A stretch of 64,000 nt of DNA from Spirochaetia bacterium (GTDB taxonomy: Bacteria > Spirochaetota > Spirochaetia > SZUA-6 > Bin103), in the NCBI GenBank assembly GCA_965203055.1, contig OZ241863.1, positions 768,001 through 832,000 on the forward strand, given 5' to 3'. Every line of letters starts with the position of its first letter. The first letter of the stretch is position 1. The notes beneath the pieces are model-generated. The model did no database searches. It saw nothing but the letters and a program-made list of their open reading frames with translations, and was not told the DNA's origin. Position numbers and translations under genes: made by a program. Below, in pieces: positions 55,267-64,000 of the stretch.

Positions 55267-56352
55267 ATGGCGAACGACGACTTGGCGCAGCCGCACGACA
55301 ATCTGTTCCGGGCCGTGTTCGGCGAATCCGCCGAAGCGGTCGGGTTGCTGCGCGCCCATCTGCCGCCGGCCGTCGCCAACGGCTTGCAGTGGTCCACGCT
55401 GTCCGCCGAGAACAGCGCCTTCATCGCCCCCGACCTGCGAGCCACCGAGTCCGATCTGCTGTACTCAATCCGGCGCCGCGCCGGCGGCGCGCCGGCCTGG
55501 CTGTACGTACTGCTGGAGCATCAGTCGACGGTGCGGTCCCGTGACCGCTGGATGCGCCTGCGGCTGCTGCAGTACTGCTGCCGGATCTGGGAACGGGATC
55601 GGCGGCGCTATCCTGGGGAGACGGAGTTGCGCCCGATCGTGCCGATGGTGTTCTATCTGGGAAGCGGACGCTGGCGCTACGCGACTGAGTTCACGGAGTT
55701 GTTTCCGGGTGAGGTGCGGGAGTGGCGGTGGCTGCCGAGCTTCGAGCACGTGCTGATCGACCATTCGGAGACGGAGCCGGAGGGGGTACGGGGCACGTTG
55801 AAAGGGCGGCTGGCGCAGCTGATGATGCTGGCGGTATACCGCGCTGCGGTGGCATGGCCGGCGCTGGAGCGAGCGTTGCCGCTGCTGGCGGAACTGGCGC
55901 GGCGCGGGGGACGGGAGCAGAGCATGTTCGTATGGTACGTGCTGGCGACCCAAAGGGAACCGATGCGCGGGCGCTTTGCCAAGGAGCTGCAGCGGCAGAT
56001 ACCGGGACCGGAGGGAGACATCATGAATTACGTGGAGGAGATCAAGCAACAAGGCCGGCAGGAGGGCCGCCTGGAAGGCCGGCAAGAAGGCCGGCAAGAG
56101 GGTGAGATCAAGGGCCGGCAGGAGGGTGAGATCAAGGGCCGGCAGGAGGGTGAGATCAAGGGCCGGCAGGAGGGTGAGATTAAGGGCCGGCAGGAGGGTG
56201 AGATTAAGGGCCGGCTGGAGACCATCGAAGAGTTCCTGCGGGCGGGAATCGGGTGGCCGATGATCCGGTCCGCCACTGGCATCGACGAGCAGACCTACCG
56301 CGCCCTCAAACGCGACTCGGCCAACGGCACGGAGCGGGCCGCGCCTCCCTAA
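55267..56352 (+). CDS. Rpn nuclease family A (14 units; internal RpnS start 56023)
   Basis: Near identical to 49835-50896 plus one extra 24-bp unit. Confidence 0.92.
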   Translation: MANDDLAQPHDNLFRAVFGESAEAVGLLRAHLPPAVANGLQWSTLSAENSAFIAPDLRATESDLLYSIRRRAGGAPAWLYVLLEHQSTVRSRDRWMRLRLLQYCCRIWERDRRRYPGETELRPIVPMVFYLGSGRWRYATEFTELFPGEVREWRWLPSFEHVLIDHSETEPEGVRGTLKGRLAQLMMLAVYRAAVAWPALERALPLLAELARRGGREQSMFVWYVLATQREPMRGRFAKELQRQIPGPEGDIMNYVEEIKQQGRQEGRLEGRQEGRQEGEIKGRQEGEIKGRQEGEIKGRQEGEIKGRQEGEIKGRLETIEEFLRAGIGWPMIRSATGIDEQTYRALKRDSANGTERAAPP

Positions 56353-56354
56353 CC

Positions 56355-56642
56355 TCCTGCCATCCGGATGCGCGTAGTTGGCGCGGAGGACGTTGGCGCT
56401 GCGAGCAGGTGCTGGGAGCATGCAACTAGTTTTGTGACGACGATCGAATCACTTCGAAGCAGGGTGGCGCATGTCGCGTAGTTGGGCATGAGCTGAAGGG
56501 CCGGCTGGAAACCATCGACGGGCTCCTGCGGGCCGGGATCGGGTAGCCGGTGATTCAATCCGCCACCGGCATCGACGAGCCCACCTACCGCACCCTCAAA
56601 CGCGACGCCGCCAACGGCAAGGAGCAGACCGCGCCGCGTTAA
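56355..56642 (+). pseudogene. Dehydrogenase 5' stub fused to an Rpn tail with TGG>TAG
   Basis: As 50900-51131 but tail not deleted. Confidence 0.8.
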
Positions 56643-56830
56643 ACCTCCGCCGTCCGGGAGGCGTCTCCCGTGAGCGCGGCCCGCGCCTGTAGCGAGAGCT
56701 GGGAGGCGTCTCGCTACCTTGGTTCGTGCGCCGGCACGTGGGCGGGCACGTCCACGACTGCGAGCACGGCGCCGCGAAAAGCACCGCCGACGCCGCGCCG
56801 TTGTAGGGGCAGAGGAGAGAATGACACCGA

Positions 56831-57790
56831 ATGTCACCGCCCCTGCATCAGCCCCACGATCACCTGTTCCGCTTGGTGTTCGCCGACCCCGAGGAGACCG
56901 CCGCCTTCCTCCGCGCACGCCTGCCCGACTCGTACCAGCGCGGCATCCTCTGGTCCTCCCTGAGCCGCGCCCCAGGCTCCTTCGTCGACCAAGAGCTGCG
57001 CGGCTCCGTCACCGACCTGCTGTTCGAGGTGCGCAGCGCGGCCGCGGCGCCGCGGCAGTGGCTCTACCTGCTGTTCGAACATCAGTCCCAGCCCGACCGC
57101 TGGATGGCGCTGCGCCTGCTGCGCTACTGCTGCCGCATCTGGGAAGCCGACCGCCGCGACACCCCGACGAGCAGTACCTGCGGCCGGTGCTGCCGCTGGT
57201 GTTCTACCAGGGCGAGCACCACTGGCACTACGCCATCAAACTGGCCGAGTCCTTCCCCCCGGCGCTGCGCGGCCAGCCCTGGGTGCCCCGCTTCTCCCCG
57301 CTGCTGCTGGACCAGACCCGGATGGCGCCGGCGGCGGTGGCCGGGGAGCTGCACGGGCGGGTTGCTGCAACTGGCGATGATGCACACCTTCGAGCAGGAG
57401 CTGGGGGAGGCGCGGAAGCGGATCGCGCCGCTGCTAGGGGCGTTGCAGCGGGAGCCGGTGCGCGGCGGGGTGGATTACTACCAGCGTTCATGGAGTACAT
57501 TGTGAAGACCGGGCCGGCGGACACGCTGGAAGCGCTGGGTGAGCTGCTGCGGCGCCTGGCCGGAACTGAGAGTGATCTGATGACCTGTGGCGAGATACTG
57601 CGCCGGGAAGGCGAGTTGAAGGGCCGGCGTGAAGGCGAGTTGAGGGGCCGGCTGGAGACCATCGAAGGGTTCCTGCAGGCCGGGATCAAGTGGCCGGTGA
57701 TTCAATCCGCCACCGGCATCGACGAGCCCACCTACCGCAGCCTCAAACGCGACGCCGCCAACGGCACGGAGCAGACCGGGCCACGTTTAA
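56831..57790 (+). pseudogene. Rpn family D, full length but multiply frameshifted
   Basis: PHDHLFR, LFEHQS intact; single-base indels near 57160, 57360, 57485, 57560; internal ATG 57580. Confidence 0.82.
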
Positions 57791-57954
57791 CGCTCCCGCC
57801 GTCCGGGCGTCTTACCGTGAGCGCGGCCCGCGCGTCGTCAAAAGCGCCGCTGACGCGGCGCCGTCGTAAAGGGGCAGGGAGATGGCACCACCCCGCGCCA
57901 GCCCCATCGACAAGCGGTAGCTGAAGTAGCCCGCTACGGCAGTAGGCAGCTGGC

Positions 57955-58796
57955 ATGTCGTGCTGTACAACGGCAGCACGCGGCGGGACCCGCCGCAGTC
58001 GCTGGCGGAGTTGGTGCCGACGAGTCCGAATAAGACGGCCCGGCTCAGCTTGCGCTGAGCTATGACGTGGTTGATCTGGTGGGTACGGTGGTACGGTATG
58101 GCAGCGGATGATCTGCCGCGCCCGAACCTGATAACCTGGGTGGCGGAAGTGGAGCGCAGCCGGCAAGCCGGGCGCCGGAAACTGAGAGGTGATCTGATGA
58201 CCTGTGGCGAGATGCTGCGCCGGGAAGGCCGGCAGGAAGGTGAGTTGAAGGGCCGGCGTGAAGTACGGCTGGTGATCATTGACGGGCTCCTGCGGGAGGG
58301 GATCGAGTGGTCGTTGATCCAATCCGCGACCGGCATCGACGAGCCCACCTACCGCGCCCTCAAACACGCTGCGCGGCCAGCCGTGGGTGCCGCGCTTCCG
58401 GCAGGCCTCGGAGGAGACGCGGCAGCGGATCGCGCCGCTGTTCGCGGCTTTGCGAGAGTAGCTGGCGCGCAGCGGGCGGATTACTACACGTTCATGTGGT
58501 ACCTTGTGGAGACCGGGCCGGCGGACACGCTGCAAGCGCTGGATGAGGAGTTCCGGCGCCAGACGCCGCAACTGAGAGGTGATCTGATGGCCTGTGGCGA
58601 GATGCTGCGCCGGGAAGGCCGGCAGGAAGGTGAGTTGAAGGGCCGGCGTGAAGTACGGCTGGAGACCATCGACGGGCTCCTGCGGGCCGGGGTCAAGTGG
58701 CCGGTGATTCTATCCGCGACCGGCATCGACGAGCCCACCTACCGCACGCTCAAACGCGACGCCTCACACGTGCCGGAGCAGGCCGCGCCGCGCTGA
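57955..58796 (+). pseudogene. Chimera: Rpn-C mid-fragment plus two tandem D-like RpnS modules
   Basis: LPRPNLITW (C) joined to RGDLMTCGE (58197), then RGDLMACGE (58587). Confidence 0.82.
58587..58796 (+). CDS. Putative RpnS (D-like, 69 aa), orphan
   Basis: GAGGTGA + ATG; open to TGA. Confidence 0.55.
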   Translation: MACGEMLRREGRQEGELKGRREVRLETIDGLLRAGVKWPVILSATGIDEPTYRTLKRDASHVPEQAAPR

Positions 58797-58802
58797 CTCC
58801 TG

Positions 58803-59966
58803 ATGAACCGTTCGGGACTCGGAACCATGCCGCCGCCGTTTACCAGGCTGGTCGCCGGTCTGGAAGCGGCCAATCCGTTCGTCGGGCCGGAGACTCTGGA
58901 GCGGCGCGCGGGACGCCGGTTTCGCGTGCGGGCGGGGGCCAACGAGAGCGCCTTCGGCATGTCGCCGCGGGCACGGGCGGCGGCCGCGGCCGCCCTCGAC
59001 CGCCTCTCCTGGTACGGCGATCCCGAGAATTACGAGCTGCGCGCCGATCTGGCGGCGTATCACGGCGTGGACCTCGAGCAGGTGCTGGTGGGCGCCGGCA
59101 TCGATGACCTGCTCGCGCTGATGGTGCGGGCGTTCGCGGCCGACGGCGGCCGCGCGGTGATGACGCTGGGCTCCTACGCCACCTTCGCCTACCACGCCGC
59201 AACCTGCGGCGCGGCGTTGGACTGCGTGCCCTACGGCGCCGGCGGTCAGGTCGATCTGGCGGCGTTGGCCGCCCGGGCGCGGGACAGCGAAGCTGTCCGC
59301 GGGCGCGGCGCGGGCGCCCGCCGCGGCGCCACCGTGGTGTACTTGGCGAACCCGGACAACCCGGCCGGCACGTGGCACGCCGCGGAGGCGGTGCGCGGCT
59401 TCGCCGAGGCGCTGCCGCCCGGCTGCATCCTGGCGCTCGACGAAGCCTACGTCGACTACGCGCCGCCGGCTCCGGCCCGGGCGCTGGTCACGGACGACCC
59501 GCGGGTGGTGCACCTGCGCACCTTCTCCAAGGCGCACGGCATGGCGGGGGCGCGCGTCGCCTACGCCGTCGGCGCGCCCGCGGTCTGCGCCGGGCTGAAC
59601 AAGCTGCGCCTGCAGTTCGGCGTCAGCCGGGTGGCGCAGGAGGCGGCGCGCGCCTCCCTTGCCGACGCCGCCTTCGTGGCCCGGGTAGGGCGGCGGGTGG
59701 CCGCGGGGCGCGCCGCCTACCACGAGCTGGGCCGCGCGCTGGGCGTGCCGACGCTGCCGTCGGCGGCCAACTTCGTGTGCTTCGACCTGGGAACCCGGCG
59801 CCGCGCCGAGGCGGTGCTGGCCGCGCTGCTGGATCGCGGCGTGTTCGTGCGCAAGCCGGCGGCGCCGCCCCTCGACCGTTGCATCCGCCTCAGCGTGGGC
59901 ACCGAGGCGGAGGGCCGCATCGTGGCGGCCGAGCTGCGGCAGCAGCTGGAGGAAGTGCCGGGTTAG
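58803..59966 (+). CDS. PLP-dependent aminotransferase (HisC-like)
   Basis: ANPDNPAG, DEAY, RTFSKAHGMAGAR. Confidence 0.88.
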   Translation: MNRSGLGTMPPPFTRLVAGLEAANPFVGPETLERRAGRRFRVRAGANESAFGMSPRARAAAAAALDRLSWYGDPENYELRADLAAYHGVDLEQVLVGAGIDDLLALMVRAFAADGGRAVMTLGSYATFAYHAATCGAALDCVPYGAGGQVDLAALAARARDSEAVRGRGAGARRGATVVYLANPDNPAGTWHAAEAVRGFAEALPPGCILALDEAYVDYAPPAPARALVTDDPRVVHLRTFSKAHGMAGARVAYAVGAPAVCAGLNKLRLQFGVSRVAQEAARASLADAAFVARVGRRVAAGRAAYHELGRALGVPTLPSAANFVCFDLGTRRRAEAVLAALLDRGVFVRKPAAPPLDRCIRLSVGTEAEGRIVAAELRQQLEEVPG

Positions 59967-59993
59967 GTCAGGTCAGGCGCCGCGGAGCCGCGG

Positions 59994-60953
59994 CTACCCG
60001 TTGCAGGCGTCGACGATGCCGCGGAAGCGGCGCACGTGTTCGGCGGTGGTTCCGCAGCAGCCGCCGACGATGCGGGCGCCGGCGGCGAGCAACTCGTCGA
60101 GGCCGGCCACCATCTGCTCCGGCGTCTGCCGGTATACCACCTGCATGTCGATCAGCTCCGGCAGACCGTTGTTGGGCTTGGCCATGAGCGGCAGGTCGGA
60201 GGCCGACCGATAGCGTTGCAGGATCCGCGCCGCCCACGCCATGTCCACGCCGGTGCCGCAGTTGATGGCCAGGACGTCGGCGCCGGCCTCCTGCAGCACT
60301 TCCGCGGCCTGCTCCACCCGCACCCCCATCATGGTGCGCACGTCCTTGCCGTCGCGGTTCAGATCGAACGCCATGGAGGCGATGACGCAGGCGGCGCCGG
60401 CTTCCTTGGCGGCGGCGATTCCCAGCCCAATCTCCTCCAACGCGGTCTGGGTCTCGATGATCACCGCGTCGGCGCCGGCATCCACCAGGGCTGCCGCCTG
60501 CTCGCGGAACGCCGCCGCGACCGCGGCGCGCGGCACCTCGCCGTAGGGCTCCATCAAGCCGCCGAACGGCCCGACGTCACCGATGACGAAACCGGCCCGG
60601 CCGGCGAACGCGGCGCGGGCAACGGCGACGCCGCGCGCATTGATCTCCGCCACGCGGTCGGCCAACGAGTGCCGTTCCAGCATGACGCGGCAGGCGCCGA
60701 AGGTGTTGGTCAACAGGCAGTCCGAGCCCGCTTCGACGTACTCGCGTTGAATTGCCAGCACGGTGTCGGGGCGGTCGATGTTCCACGCCTCGCCGCTGCC
60801 GCCCGGCTCCAGGCCGGCCTGCTGCAGTTGCGTCCCCATGGCGCCGTCGGCCAGCAGCACGCGCTCCGCGAGCGCCTGCAGCAGCGGTTGCGGCGCCGCG
60901 GCGGGCGCCGCCGGTTCGCCGCCGCCGGGACTGTCGGTGCTGAGAACTGTCAT
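59994..60953 (-). CDS. Homocysteine S-methyltransferase family protein (stand-alone MetH N-domain)
   Basis: DGAMGT, TNTF, IETQ, INCG, GGCCGTT. Confidence 0.9.
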   Translation of the reverse strand: MTVLSTDSPGGGEPAAPAAAPQPLLQALAERVLLADGAMGTQLQQAGLEPGGSGEAWNIDRPDTVLAIQREYVEAGSDCLLTNTFGACRVMLERHSLADRVAEINARGVAVARAAFAGRAGFVIGDVGPFGGLMEPYGEVPRAAVAAAFREQAAALVDAGADAVIIETQTALEEIGLGIAAAKEAGAACVIASMAFDLNRDGKDVRTMMGVRVEQAAEVLQEAGADVLAINCGTGVDMAWAARILQRYRSASDLPLMAKPNNGLPELIDMQVVYRQTPEQMVAGLDELLAAGARIVGGCCGTTAEHVRRFRGIVDACNG

Positions 60954-61044
60954 CGCCGTAACTATACCCCGCGCACCCGCCCGCGGCGAGCCGTCTTTGC
61001 CGGCCCGGCGCGGAGCGGTCCGGTCGCGGTGGAAGGCGGGGCGG

Positions 61045-62478
61045 TCAGGCCGGGGCGCCGGCGGCGGCCAGAGCCGGCCGGCGCGAAGCGACGCCGAGGG
61101 CGGCTTCCCACGCCGCGGCGAAGGCCAGCAGCTCCGCCTCGCCGCGGTAGCGGCCGACGATCTGGGCGCCTACCGGCAGGCCGCCGGGAGTGAAGCCGCA
61201 CGGCAGCGACAGCGCCGGATGGGAGGTCATGGTGATCAGCGAGCAGCTCTGCATCCAGTCGATGTAGGTCGCCATCGGCACGCCCTCGATGGAGCGCACC
61301 CAGTCTGTCTCCACCGGAAACGGCACCACCTGCGAGACCGGCAGGATCAGCACGTCGAACCGTTCCAGGAACGCGCTCATGCGCAGGTATTGCGCGGCGC
61401 GCAGGCGCTGGGCGCGGATCACCTGCCGCGCGGTCAGCGCCAGGCCGCGCTCGATGTTCCAGATCACCGTGTCCTTGAGCTGGTCGCGGTGGTCGCGCAG
61501 CGTGGCGGCGTGGTCGCCGGCGAAGCGCAGCGCGCGCAGCACGTCGAACGCTTCGGCGCCGCCGGAAAGATCGGGATGGGCTGTTTCGATGACGCAGCCC
61601 AGGTCTGCCAGCCGCGGCAGGGCGCGCTCGATCACCTCCGTCACCGCGGGCTCCACCGGCAGCAGGCCGAGGTCGCGGCTGTAGGCCGCCCGGCAGCCGG
61701 CCAGGTCGCGCGGGGCCGCCGCGCCCGCCGTCGGCGGCGGTTCGCCGAGCGCGGTCGGGTCGCGCCGGTCGGGGCCGGCGATCACGCTCAGCAGCAGCGC
61801 GGTGTCGGCGACGGTGCGCCCCATCGGGCCGAGCACGCTCAGCGTCTCCCACGGGTCGCCGGCCGGGACCTTGGGCACGCGCCCGGGCGTGGGCCGCAGT
61901 CCCACCACGCTGTTGAAGTTGGGGGGATTGCGGATCGAGCCGCCGTAGTCGCTGCCGTCGGCAATGGCGATCATGCCGCTGCTCAGGGCCGCGGCGCCGC
62001 CGCCGCTGCTGCCGCCGGCGGAACGGCCCAGGTCGTAGGGGTTGCGGGTCACCCCGAACACCGTGTTGAAGGTGTGCGAGCCGGCGCCGAACTCCGGCAC
62101 GTTGCTCTTGCCGGTCACGATGGCGCCCGCCGCCCGCAGGCGCCGCACCATCAGATCGTCGTGGGCGGCCACCGCGTCGCGGTACAGCGGCGACCCGCGG
62201 GTGGTGGGCAGCCCGGCCACGTCGACCAGGTCCTTGACCGCGATCGGCAGCCCGGCAAGCGGGCCGGGCGCGGCGCCGGCCGCGAGCTCGGCGTCGAGCC
62301 GCGCCGCCGCGGCCGCGGCGCCTTCGGCGTCCAGCGTGCAGATGGCGTTGACGCGCGGGTTGAGGCGTTCGATCCGGTCCAGGTGCGCCGCCAGCAGCTC
62401 GGCGGCGCTCACCTCGCGCGAGCGCACCAGCGCCGTCAGCTCGGTGGCCGGCCGCAGGCACAGATCGTCGTCTCTCAT
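61045..62478 (-). CDS. Amidase (AS family)
   Basis: AVKDL, GGSSGG, GSDYGGSIR; GGAGG before ATG 62478. Confidence 0.92.
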   Translation of the reverse strand: MRDDDLCLRPATELTALVRSREVSAAELLAAHLDRIERLNPRVNAICTLDAEGAAAAAARLDAELAAGAAPGPLAGLPIAVKDLVDVAGLPTTRGSPLYRDAVAAHDDLMVRRLRAAGAIVTGKSNVPEFGAGSHTFNTVFGVTRNPYDLGRSAGGSSGGGAAALSSGMIAIADGSDYGGSIRNPPNFNSVVGLRPTPGRVPKVPAGDPWETLSVLGPMGRTVADTALLLSVIAGPDRRDPTALGEPPPTAGAAAPRDLAGCRAAYSRDLGLLPVEPAVTEVIERALPRLADLGCVIETAHPDLSGGAEAFDVLRALRFAGDHAATLRDHRDQLKDTVIWNIERGLALTARQVIRAQRLRAAQYLRMSAFLERFDVLILPVSQVVPFPVETDWVRSIEGVPMATYIDWMQSCSLITMTSHPALSLPCGFTPGGLPVGAQIVGRYRGEAELLAFAAAWEAALGVASRRPALAAAGAPA

Positions 62479-62593
62479 CCCCACGCCTCCCGGCACCCTA
62501 CACCGCAGCGTCCACTCCTGCATACGCGGTTCCGGGCTGCGCCCGCGCGCTGGTCACCAAACGGCGAATGTGCCACCCTCTGCGGGAGGCGCG

Positions 62594-63580
62594 ATGATGA
62601 CGGCACGCAGCGCAGCCACCGCAAGCGGCGTTACCGCGGCCGCGCCGCAGGCGCAGCGGCGCCCGCGGCGCAGCCGGCTGCGCAAGACCCTGGCGCACAA
62701 CTACCAGCTCTACCTCCTGGTGGCGCTGCCGCTGGTCTACCTGATCATCTTCCAGTACGTGCCGATGTACGGGGCGCAACTGGCGTTCAAGAAGTATCGC
62801 GTTGCCCTCGGCATCTGGGGCAGCGAGTGGGTCGGGTTGGACCACTTCATCGCCTTCTTCCAGTCGTTCCAGTTCCAGCGCGTGGTGCGCAACACCATCT
62901 CCATCAGCGCCTACTCGCTGGTGGCCGGGTTTCCGGTTCCGATCATCCTGGCAATCGCGCTCAACAACAGTCAGGCGCGGCGCTTCAAGAAGACGGTGCA
63001 ACTCGTCACCTACGCCCCCCACTTCATCTCCACGGTGGTGATGTGCGGGATGATCATCCAGTTTCTGTCGCCGAGCCTGGGCATCGTCAACAAGTTCATC
63101 GCCGCGCTCGGGCTGCAGCCGGTGGGCTTCATGGGGCGCCCGGAGTGGTTCCAGACCATCTACGTGTTCTCCGGCATCTGGCAGCAGGCGGGCTACGCGT
63201 CGATCATCTTCCTGGCGGCGCTGGCCTCGGTCTCGCCGGAGTTGCACGAGGCGGCGATCGTCGACGGCGCCGGCCTGCTGCAGCGCAACCGGCACATCGA
63301 CCTGCCGGCGATCATGCCTACCGCGGTCATCCTGCTGATCCTCAACGTCGGCAATCTGATGAGCGTCGGCTTCGAGAAGGTGTATCTGCTGCAGAACACC
63401 ATGAACCTGGAGACGAGCGAGGTAATCCAGACCTTCGTCTACAAGCGCGGCATTGCCTGGCAGCCCCCCAACTTCTCCTACGCCGCGGCGGTGGGGCTGT
63501 TCAACTCGGTGGTCAACCTGATCCTGCTGGCGGCGGTGAACGCGCTCGCGCGGCGGGTCAGCGGCACCAGCCTGTGGTAA
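62594..63580 (+). CDS. Carbohydrate ABC transporter permease (LplB-like)
   Basis: PHFIS, EAAIVDGA; GGAGG before ATG. Confidence 0.92.
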   Translation: MMTARSAATASGVTAAAPQAQRRPRRSRLRKTLAHNYQLYLLVALPLVYLIIFQYVPMYGAQLAFKKYRVALGIWGSEWVGLDHFIAFFQSFQFQRVVRNTISISAYSLVAGFPVPIILAIALNNSQARRFKKTVQLVTYAPHFISTVVMCGMIIQFLSPSLGIVNKFIAALGLQPVGFMGRPEWFQTIYVFSGIWQQAGYASIIFLAALASVSPELHEAAIVDGAGLLQRNRHIDLPAIMPTAVILLILNVGNLMSVGFEKVYLLQNTMNLETSEVIQTFVYKRGIAWQPPNFSYAAAVGLFNSVVNLILLAAVNALARRVSGTSLW

Positions 63581-64000
63581 CCGGCGCCGGCGCCGGACGG
63601 CGCGCCATCCCCGTGCCGCGCGGCGACCGCGGCTACCTGCTGGCCAACCACCTGTACCTGGCCGGGGCGCTGCTGATCGTGCTCTACCCGCTGGTGTACA
63701 TCGTCAGCTCGTCGTTCAGCTCGGTGCAGGCGGTGCTGAGCGGCCGCGTGTGGCTGTGGCCGGTCGACTTCTCCCTGGACGGCTACCGCGCGGTGGTCAA
63801 CTACTCGAAGACCTGGATCGGCTACGCCAACACGCTGATCTACACGGGCGCGGGCACCGCCATCAACGTGGTGCTGACGATCCTGGCCGCCTACCCGCTG
63901 TCGCGGCGCGACATGGCCGGGCGCGGCTTCATCATGTTCCTGATGGTCTTCACGCTGCTGTTCCACGGCGGGCTGATTCCCACCTACGTGCTGATCCAGA
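63574..64000 (+). CDS. Carbohydrate ABC transporter permease (LplC-like), partial
   Basis: Open frame from GTG 63574: LYPLVYIVSSSFS, AAYPLSR, FHGGLIPTY; runs off the window. Confidence 0.85.
   Translation, partial: MVTGAGAGRRAIPVPRGDRGYLLANHLYLAGALLIVLYPLVYIVSSSFSSVQAVLSGRVWLWPVDFSLDGYRAVVNYSKTWIGYANTLIYTGAGTAINVVLTILAAYPLSRRDMAGRGFIMFLMVFTLLFHGGLIPTYVLIQ

Larger units (their letters stand above)
47080..56640 (+). repeat. ~4-kb tandem duplication (Rpn-C, orphan D tail, D pseudogene, Rpn-A, dehydrogenase stub); second unit carries IS256
   Basis: Rpn-C stops 48432 and 52437 are 4005 bp apart; same gene order and shared lesions. Confidence 0.88.

Overview
High-GC bacterial window, probably a spirochaete (inferred from a SpiroCoCo-like coiled-coil protein and spirochaete-style DnaK/M23 sequences). 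1-21.2 kb is housekeeping and metabolism: exbB-exbD-tonB, grpE-dnaK-dnaJ, an orphan histidine kinase, an orphan methyltransferase, TrmH, TatD, M23, and a gndA-SDR-HAD-LarA-homologue operon. 21.3-58.8 kb is a ~37.5-kb accessory region. In it, a lower-GC surface-glycan locus (nucleotide-sugar dehydrogenase, MurJ-like flippase, 5 glycosyltransferases, Wzy/ligase-like protein, 2 AsnB-like amidotransferases, 2 methyltransferases) is interleaved with about 20 intact, truncated or chimeric Rpn/YhgA-like PD-(D/E)XK nuclease genes from 4 sequence families (called A-D here). Six copies are intact. All four families carry an in-frame internal Shine-Dalgarno (SD)+ATG ahead of a variable 12-bp (GRQE)n tract, matching the intragenic RpnS antitoxin layout. 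Several copies have lost the nuclease but kept this module, and one glycosyltransferase begins exactly at the RpnS start position of a decayed Rpn. The region also holds an FRG-domain gene, an IS256, IS3-like ends and a ~4-kb tandem duplication. 58.8-64 kb: aminotransferase, homocysteine S-methyltransferase, amidase, ABC permeases. All calls are by eye; no searches were run. Some frameshifts or repeat copies could be sequencing or assembly artefacts.
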